DNA of 32,000 nucleotides from Pseudodesulfovibrio piezophilus C1TLV30 (GTDB lineage Bacteria; Desulfobacterota; Desulfovibrionia; Desulfovibrionales; Desulfovibrionaceae): NCBI RefSeq assembly GCF_000341895.1, contig NC_020409.1, positions 1,380,001 to 1,412,000 of the forward strand, read 5' to 3'. Shown piece by piece: positions 26,299 to 32,000 of this stretch (position 1 is its first letter; each line of letters starts with the position of its first letter). The notes under the pieces were generated by a model. It saw only the letters and a program-made list of their open reading frames with translations, ran no database searches and was not told where the DNA came from. The position numbers and the translations under genes were made by a program.

Positions 26299-26835
26299 AT
26301 GAAAGGTTTAAAGATACTCCTTCTCTGCCTCGTTCTTGGAGGCGTATTATTGTATAATTCCAACTGGTTTCAGTCATTTTTCCTGTACAACCGTTTTTAC
26401 GAGAACATAGTTGATGTACCATTCGATGTGACAAAAAAAGGGGAGACGATTTCCCTTTCACTCAAGCACAAATTCAATACTTGCTATGAGTTGAATGTGG
26501 GGGTTCTTGATAAATACATTTTTCATCGTGGCACTGTTGGCCCAGGGGCTTTGAGGTATCGATTCATTTCAAGAGGCCAAGTCATCAAAGAAGGATTCAC
26601 CTTTCCAGCGGAGAGAAATAATCTCACACTTTATCGAGGGGTTACTTTGATAACCATACTGGTATTCGACCTCCCTTTCCCCGGCGCAGGGAGTGATGTA
26701 TCGCTGGAATTGACAGTAGATACCCCCATGACCTTTCTCAATGAATATGCAGGCAAAATTAAATGCAGCATCCGACCCAACTATAGTGCAGACAGGGGTG
26801 GCTGCGATGAGGAATTACGAATAGACTCCATGTAG
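26299..26835 (+). CDS. candidate immunity protein for CT1, N-terminal signal peptide/TM anchor
   Basis: It starts 52 nt after the toxin ORF, with RBS AAGGGA. MKGLKILLLCLVLGGVLLY is a hydrophobic leader. The GC is visibly low and no domain was recognised. Confidence 0.6.
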   Translation: MKGLKILLLCLVLGGVLLYNSNWFQSFFLYNRFYENIVDVPFDVTKKGETISLSLKHKFNTCYELNVGVLDKYIFHRGTVGPGALRYRFISRGQVIKEGFTFPAERNNLTLYRGVTLITILVFDLPFPGAGSDVSLELTVDTPMTFLNEYAGKIKCSIRPNYSADRGGCDEELRIDSM

Positions 26836-26843
26836 CTCCGTGA

Positions 26844-27395
26844 GATTCCTTTGGCGGAATTATAGCGGACACCAATCCATGCCTGTGCGTACCCATCGGC
26901 TTTGCGGGCGGCCTGCATGACCGCGATCTTGGTTTCGTGAGATTCGGCTGGCGGGACTACGACACCTTCACCGGCAGATGGACCGCACCCGATCCCATCG
27001 GGGACAGGGGCGGTGATCCAGACTGGTATGGGTATTGTCTGGATGATCCGGTCAACGGGGTGGACCCGTTTAGTTTGTTTCAAATCATCGGCGATGGTCC
27101 CGGTGGCAGGATCGGCGGCGGTATAATCGGCGGGGCGATTTCAGGTGCCATCGATGGAGGCATCACCATGGGGCCTTTTGGCGCTTTGACTGGCGCTGCT
27201 GTCGGCGGTGCGCTTGGTGGATTGTGGTCTGTTGTCGATGAGATACCCAATAATCCATCCAACAATTCTCCCGGCGGCAGTGGCGGTTCCAGTTCAGGGT
27301 CGTCAGGGCCAGGAAGTGGGTCAGATTCCTCTGGCGGTGGTAGTACTTCCGGTGGAGAAGGGTATGACGGTGGTGGCGGATGGTACGGTAGATAA
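26844..27395 (+). pseudogene. orphan RHS C-terminal cassette 2 (74 aa of core end plus glycine-zipper / Gly-Ser-rich tip CT2), no ATG start
   Basis: The open frame begins right after TGA 26841. It reads FGGIIADTNP...GFAGGLHDRDLGFVRFGWRDYDTFTGRWTAPDPIGDRGGDPDWYGYCLDDPVNGVDPFSL. The tip then reads GGRIGGGIIGGAISGAIDGGITMGPFGALTGAAVGGALGGLW and ends in a GSGGSSSGSSGPGSGS... tail. Only a GTG at 26937 is available as a start. Confidence 0.75.
26848..27068 (+). repeat. RHS core-end repeat, copy 2
   Basis: See copy 1 at 25670-25890. Confidence 0.9.
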
Positions 27396-27426
27396 ATACC
27401 AATATGGACAATGCCATGAGGAATAA

Positions 27427-27646
27427 AATGAATTGTACAGAGTGTGACGGGAAAATCCATAAATTGGATAAACGGATTGGAGGCCTAGTATGTATAGCCT
27501 TGGGCCTAGTAACCAGTCTCAGCGTATCTATGGATAATCCTTTTCATTGTACCAGGCTTGATACTTTTACTGTCTAGGCCCAGATATAAATTCTGGTGCC
27601 CACGCTGTAAAAAGATGGTTTCACCCAAAGAAGTCAAAGGGATCTA
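27427..27646 (+). pseudogene. small split zinc-ribbon two-TM protein, frameshifted; candidate immunity for CT2
   Basis: ATG 27427 has RBS GAGGA. Frame 1 reads MNCTECDGKIHKLDKRIGGLVCIALGLVTSLSV... and stops at 27574. Frame 2, open from 27512, reads ...LWIILFIVPGLILLLSRPRYKFWCPRCKKMVSPKEVKGI*. Joined, these give CxxC, TM, TM, CxxC. A terminator follows at 27650-27685. Confidence 0.4.
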
Positions 27647-27649
27647 GAC

Positions 27650-27685
27650 AAAGGCCAACTGCCATATGGAGGAGTTGGCCTTTTG
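27650..27685 (+). terminator. rho-independent terminator
   Basis: AAGGCCAACT-loop-AGTTGGCCTT followed by TTG. Confidence 0.6.
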
Positions 27686-27810
27686 AATTAGGTATGGTGT
27701 CCCCCTAATTTGATTTGTCATGGCGAGTGGTGGGCAACATCGTCGTCTGGCGGACTGTTTTTCGTAAGGCGATTATAGCTGCCCTTACTGCCCTCGCTCA
27801 CCAGAAAAGC

Positions 27811-27845
27811 AGTCAGATTTGAAAAAGGAGGGAGCAGCCATGTCC
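27811..27845 (-). terminator. hairpin terminator downstream of 27857-28099
   Basis: AGGAGGGA / TCCCTCCT stem flanked by an A5 run and a T5 run. Confidence 0.55.
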
Positions 27846-27856
27846 CTCCTTTTTAC

Positions 27857-28099
27857 TTACAACAGTTTGTAGACCTGTTTCACCTTGGGCGTCCCCTCAT
27901 CGGAGGCAAAGACGATCTCGGCGAAGCGGATAAACGTCCCGTCGATGGACGCGCCCATGCCGCAAACGTCGCAGTTTGCCATGCCTTTGAGGATCAGTTC
28001 GGGACCGTCAAGGCTCACCGAAGCCCCGCACTCCATGTTGGGGAAAGAAATATCATCACCGTTGATATTAACCACTTCATAAAGCGAACATGTGGTCAT
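27857..28099 (-). CDS. hypothetical small Cys-containing protein (80 aa)
   Basis: The ORF has its own terminator. Its start lies only 22 nt from the end of the IS5-type transposase frame, so its 5' region may have been replaced. The RBS is weak. Confidence 0.45.
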   Translation of the reverse strand: MTTCSLYEVVNINGDDISFPNMECGASVSLDGPELILKGMANCDVCGMGASIDGTFIRFAEIVFASDEGTPKVKQVYKLL

Positions 28100-28121
28100 C
28101 CGCTCTACGTTGTATCGACAT

Positions 28122-29062
28122 TCACTGAATCCACATTATGATGGCAGCCAAGGCGATCAAGCTACTGTAGTTTGAAGATTTTATTTCATAACGCGTTGCA
28201 ATTCTTCTGAATTATTTAAAGAAGCCGAATGTGTGTTCAATGGTATTACGTAAATTATATCGTTTATAATCATATAGCCTTTGATACTTTCTGTGCTTCC
28301 CGGGAGGAATTACCGCCTCACCACCTGTCTTTTTTACGGCATCCAAGACTTGTTGGGAATCATAGCCTTTGTCGGCGAGCATGTATTGCCATTGTCTTAA
28401 ATAGAAAAATGCGTTTTCAACGAGATGCCGAACTTTGTAGAGTTTTTTTGTCGTAGTGTCGCTGCGTTTTCCGTTACTTGCGTGGTGAAATAACTGGCTG
28501 CATACCCTGCTGAAGAGATTGAGTGGGTATTGAATCTAAAACGTATCCGCGATCAGCAAGTAGTTTTTGAGCCCCCAAAGCACTCGATCAGTGCAATCGC
28601 CTGAGAACAATCTGCTGATGTACCTTTTGTAGCAGTAATCCTGAGCGACAGACCATGCGCATCCACGGCCAAATGCAATTTTGCATTGAGCCCCCTTTTG
28701 TGTGACTCATGTCTTGATTCCCTCCTTTTGCGCCCGCAACGTGGGGATGACTTTGCAATGGCTGGCCTCTATCATTAGCCATTCATAGCTCGTCTCATCT
28801 ATCATAATTTATAATAATTTTTCCTAAATTCCTTATATCTCACCCACGAATAAGACGCCGGCGTATTGCTCCATCCACCGAAGCCAGGGGAGAGGTCTCG
28901 CCAAGACGCACCAGTACGCATTATCCAAAAAACAGCGTTGATAAACAAACGATGGTCAGGAGCCAAGCCACCCCAGCAGCCCTTGCGTCCAGGAAGGTGT
29001 GGTTCAAGTTTTTCCCAAATTTTGTCAGAAATGTCGTGGTATCCGTGGACTGGCTTCGGCAT
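28122..29062 (-). pseudogene. IS5-family (IS427/DUF4096-DDE type) transposase, multiply disrupted
   Basis: The N-terminus ISDKIWEKLEPHLPGRKG...LFINAVFWIMRTGASWRDLSPGFGGW is a DUF4096 motif. Downstream pieces lie in three frames: KLHLAVDAHGLSLRITATKGTSADC, LLADRGY and RNTIEHTFGFFK. An in-frame TAA at 28212-28214 precedes FRRIATRYE...LAAIIMWIQ*. Confidence 0.8.
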
Positions 29063-29267
29063 GATGTCCTCACTAGTTTTTTGACAAACAAAGGGGGCCA
29101 AACAACCAAACTTCTGACAATCTCGTGACTACATGACGACACTCTCGAAGGACACATCTGGATTACACTGAGTCTTGACACTGCAAAAGCAACCATAGAT
29201 AATCATTATATACCCTTCACGGGCTTTCGTTGGTGAGAATAAGTGGAAATATAGCGTGAGAACTGAA

Positions 29268-29560
29268 ATGCTTAATAACAAAAATATCCTCGTCACGGAC
29301 AAGAGAAAAGCATTCGGGGAAAAATTTACAGAAATTGTTCTAAAGACATTTGGTACGAAGAAGCTTACTATGTTCAGCCTTGACGAGTTAAAAAAATCGA
29401 AATGGTCCAAAACCTCTCTCCAAACCAAAATCCTCCCATTCAATATTTCATCGGTGACACCAGAGACAAGAAATGATTGGATCGCGCATGCAGAAGCGTC
29501 GATATACTCAGGCTAGCTGCATCAATAAAATATTTTTCAATCGAAGACCCCCTCTACATC
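29268..29560 (+). pseudogene. remnant of a PseB/FlaA1-type UDP-sugar 4,6-dehydratase (N-terminal ~100 codons, several frameshifts)
   Basis: MLNNKNILVTD..AFGEKFTEIVLKTFGTKKLTMFSLDELKK, then IQYFIGDTRDKK in a second frame, then VDILRLAASIKYFSIEDPLY in a third. These parallel the PseB segments ILITGGTGSFGK...IIVYSRDELKQ...RFFIGDVRD...VDIVIHAAALKHVP. The GxxGxxG loop is destroyed. Confidence 0.5.
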
Positions 29561-29630
29561 CTTGCGGATTTTTTTGGATTGCAAAAGAAAGAACTGACTT
29601 TCGTGGTAGACGCCATACTGGAGCGAGGCA

Positions 29631-30524
29631 ATGTCAAAAACTAACTTGATTCTTGGAACCGTTCAAATTGGAATGAACTATGGCATTGCCAATGCCACTG
29701 GCAAACCAGATATAAAAACGGCACGGGAAATTCTCCAAGCTGCATGGGATGGTGGTATTCAAGAATTCGATACTGCAATAGGTTATGGAGAAAGTGAAAA
29801 AATCCTCGGCGTCATCTTGCATGAAATGGGTGTTTCGTCGCTTGCGCAGATAAATACTAAACCGCACGGTTCTTGGAACGGACAGGACTTTTCAGAGGTA
29901 AAAAAAGACCTGGAAGCCAGCCTCAAAAAACTGCACGTTGAGCAACTGAACACTTTACTTTTTCACAATGAAGCAATTCTTGAATCTTGGACGCCGAAAA
30001 TAAGCGATGCCGTCAACGCACTCCGCGATGAAGGAAAAATTCGCAATGTCGGGGTATCTGTATATTCTGCTGATGCAGCAATGCGCGCCTTGAGCAATCC
30101 GGCGATTGATGTTGTCCAGATTCCAGCTAATCTCCTTGATCGACGATTTGAAAAAGCAGGTATTTTACATAAGGCCCAAAGCCTTGGCAAAGCATTGCAA
30201 ATTCGGAGCATATTCCTCCAAGGTCTCCTGTTCATGGCCCCTCATCAACTGCCAGCGCACATGGCCTTTGCAAAAAGAGATCTGGCAGATCTGCATCACA
30301 TTTTATGCGAATCCAATTTGACCTTAACGGCTGCCGCAATAGGATTTGTCCAGGCGGAATGGCCGGGATGTAAAATACTCATCGGCGCAGAAACCCAAAA
30401 GCAAGTTCTGGACAACTTGGATGCAGCTACAATTCAAATATCTCCAGAAATAATCGCTAGGATAAAAAAACAATTTCCAGATGTGTCCGAACAAATACTC
30501 AACCCTTCCCTATGGGGGAAATAG
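29631..30524 (+). CDS. aldo/keto reductase family oxidoreductase
   Basis: 297 aa. LGTVQIGMNYG, FDTAIGYGESEKILG and the overall AKR (TIM-barrel) pattern. Confidence 0.85.
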   Translation: MSKTNLILGTVQIGMNYGIANATGKPDIKTAREILQAAWDGGIQEFDTAIGYGESEKILGVILHEMGVSSLAQINTKPHGSWNGQDFSEVKKDLEASLKKLHVEQLNTLLFHNEAILESWTPKISDAVNALRDEGKIRNVGVSVYSADAAMRALSNPAIDVVQIPANLLDRRFEKAGILHKAQSLGKALQIRSIFLQGLLFMAPHQLPAHMAFAKRDLADLHHILCESNLTLTAAAIGFVQAEWPGCKILIGAETQKQVLDNLDAATIQISPEIIARIKKQFPDVSEQILNPSLWGK

Positions 30525-30525
30525 C

Positions 30526-31833
30526 ATGAATAAATCCCAGGCAACACAAGATAACGCGAAACGCAGAATACCGGGAATGACCCAATTGCTCTCTAAACGG
30601 CCGGATCGATTCTCTGAAGGAGTCTGGCCTGGCTACTTCAGTAAAGCCAAGGGAGCGCATGTATGGGATCTCGATGGAAACAAATACCTTGACATGTCTA
30701 TCGGAGGTATTGGGGCAACCGTCCTTGGCTACGCAGACTCTGATGTTGACGAGGCCGTAAAACGCGCTATTTCACTTGGTTGTGCAAGTTCGCTTAACTG
30801 CGCTGAAGAGTTGGAGCTTGCTGACACTCTTTGCGAATCCCACCCTTGGGCGACCCAAGTCAAGCTCGGCCGATCCGGGGGCGAGGCCATGACCATAGCA
30901 GTTCGCATTGCTCGCGCCGCCACAGGACGAGACGTTGTTGCTTTCTGTGGATATCATGGGTGGCATGACTGGTATTTAGCGGCAAACCTTGGGACAAAAA
31001 ACGCTCTTGGGGAACATCTGATCAACGGTCTTGACCCGGCCGGGGTCCCTCAGAAACTTAAAGGAACAGCTTTTCCTTTCCGCTATAATGAGCTTGAAGA
31101 ATTAGAAAAGATTGTTGCTGAGCATGGACACGAATTGGCAGCTATCGTCATGGAGCCGATCCGCGGGACAGAACCTTCTCCTGACTTTTTCCCAGGTGTC
31201 CGTGCAATTGCCGACAGAACCGGGGCGTCATTGATTGTTGATGAGATTTCTGCAGGTTTCCGTCTGTATCCAGGAGGGGCGCATATGAAACTCTTCGATC
31301 AACGCCCGGATATGGCGGTTTTTGCCAAAGCTATGGGGAATGGCTATCCGATTGCTGCTGTCATTGGCCGGGAAAAGTTCATGAGTGCGGCCCAATCGAC
31401 CTTCATCAGCTCTACCAACTGGACAGAACGCCTTGGCCCGACTGCGGCATTGGCAACCATCAAAAAGTACGATTCACATAATGTCCATGAACATCTAACA
31501 AAAATTGGTTCCATGGTTCAGGAAGGTTGGACAAAACTCGGCCAAAAGCACTCTCTTGACTTACATGTCGGCGGAATGAAGGCCATGAGCCACTTTGCAT
31601 TCAGCGGGAAAAACACGCAGGCCCAAAAAGCCTATTTTGTCCAACTCATGCTTGAGGAAGGCATTCTTGCATGTAACAGCATGTATGCCATGTATGCTCA
31701 CACTGAAGCTGATGTCGAACACTACCTGAAGGCTTGTGACAAGAGTTTTGCCAAGATCTCTGCTTCCGGCGATACTGTTGCTGACAAGCTCCACGGGAAA
31801 CCAAGTGCTGAAGGATTTGAAAGGTTGGCGTAA
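30526..31833 (+). CDS. class-III PLP aminotransferase (glutamate-1-semialdehyde 2,1-aminomutase-like)
   Basis: The start is moved to ATG 30526 (RBS GGGGGAA). GSGGEAMTIAVRIARAATGR, LIVDEISAGFR and FAKAMGNGYPIAAV (PLP-Lys) motifs are present. Confidence 0.88.
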   Translation: MNKSQATQDNAKRRIPGMTQLLSKRPDRFSEGVWPGYFSKAKGAHVWDLDGNKYLDMSIGGIGATVLGYADSDVDEAVKRAISLGCASSLNCAEELELADTLCESHPWATQVKLGRSGGEAMTIAVRIARAATGRDVVAFCGYHGWHDWYLAANLGTKNALGEHLINGLDPAGVPQKLKGTAFPFRYNELEELEKIVAEHGHELAAIVMEPIRGTEPSPDFFPGVRAIADRTGASLIVDEISAGFRLYPGGAHMKLFDQRPDMAVFAKAMGNGYPIAAVIGREKFMSAAQSTFISSTNWTERLGPTAALATIKKYDSHNVHEHLTKIGSMVQEGWTKLGQKHSLDLHVGGMKAMSHFAFSGKNTQAQKAYFVQLMLEEGILACNSMYAMYAHTEADVEHYLKACDKSFAKISASGDTVADKLHGKPSAEGFERLA

Positions 31834-31835
31834 CC

Positions 31836-32000
31836 ATGACCAAAAAAATTACTGCAATCCTCCAGGCAAGGATGGGATCCACAAGACTGCCCGGCAAAGT
31901 CTGTTTGCCCATAATGGGGCGACCTATGCTCGAAATCGAACTCGAAAGGCTCAAAGCCTGTACGTGCATCGATGAAATAATATTGGCAACCTCGAATCTC
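31836..32000 (+). CDS. SpsF/FlmC-like cytidylyltransferase (5' partial, runs off window)
   Basis: MTKKITAILQARMGSTRLPGKVCLPIMGRPML matches the CTP_transf_3 N-terminal signature (AIIQAR.GS.RLPGKVL). The ATG lies 2 nt after the upstream stop. Confidence 0.7.
   Translation, partial: MTKKITAILQARMGSTRLPGKVCLPIMGRPMLEIELERLKACTCIDEIILATSNL

Noticed and set aside
27080-27460. 126-aa Pro-rich minus-strand ORF
   Set aside because: It is the reverse-complement shadow of the Gly-rich RHS tip (GGN codons read as NCC Pro). The plus-strand frame is continuous with the conserved RHS core end.
1-32000. CRISPR arrays, rRNA genes, large tandem repeats
   Set aside because: I looked for regularly spaced direct repeats and rRNA-like conserved blocks. 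The only repeats found are the att pair, the RHS core-end pair, the 3 x 10-bp decamers and the tRNA-Glu duplication.

Overview
The window looks like a chromosomal segment from a Desulfovibrio-like sulfate reducer. That call is inference from gene content only: a SahR-ahcY operon, bacteriohemerythrin, tRNA-Sec, molybdenum genes and an ECF sigma module. Positions 1-17.5 kb are ordinary core genome. They hold a molybdenum-storage-protein (MoSto)-like kinase-fold gene, a MOT1-type molybdate transporter, argB, hemerythrin, moeA, a secreted discoidin-like protein and sahR-ahcY. They also hold a PEGA lipoprotein, a DUF721/DciA-like gene, tRNA-Gln plus two tRNA-Glu copies, an aldehyde dehydrogenase, an ABM monooxygenase, an EF-hand protein, an ECF sigma/anti-sigma/LTXXQ module and a small c-type cytochrome. 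At 17486-17579 lies a canonical 8/5 tRNA-Sec (selC). Its 3' 69 nt are repeated at 23292-23360 with 3 mismatches. The repeats bracket a ~5.8 kb integrative island that is visibly decaying. Its tyrosine integrase is frameshifted in an A6 tract. A CobT-like vWA gene is frameshifted and abutted by an IS200/IS605 copy. Several cargo ORFs have no recognisable function. Positions 23.4-29.6 kb are a second accessory region full of gene remnants: a Phd/YefM-like fragment, an HTH fragment, a Fic pseudogene, an IS5-family transposase pseudogene and a pseB remnant. The most interesting content sits here: two orphan RHS C-terminal toxin cassettes that share a 221-bp core-end repeat. Cassette 1 carries a His...Cys permuted papain-like tip followed by a signal-peptide immunity candidate. 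Cassette 2 carries a glycine-zipper plus Gly/Ser-rich tip followed by a frameshifted zinc-ribbon two-TM candidate. Positions 29.6-32 kb begin a sugar-modification cluster of nonulosonic-acid type: an aldo/keto reductase, a class-III aminotransferase and an SpsF-like cytidylyltransferase. No CRISPR array or rRNA was seen. All domain calls rest on motif recognition by eye; no database search was run.
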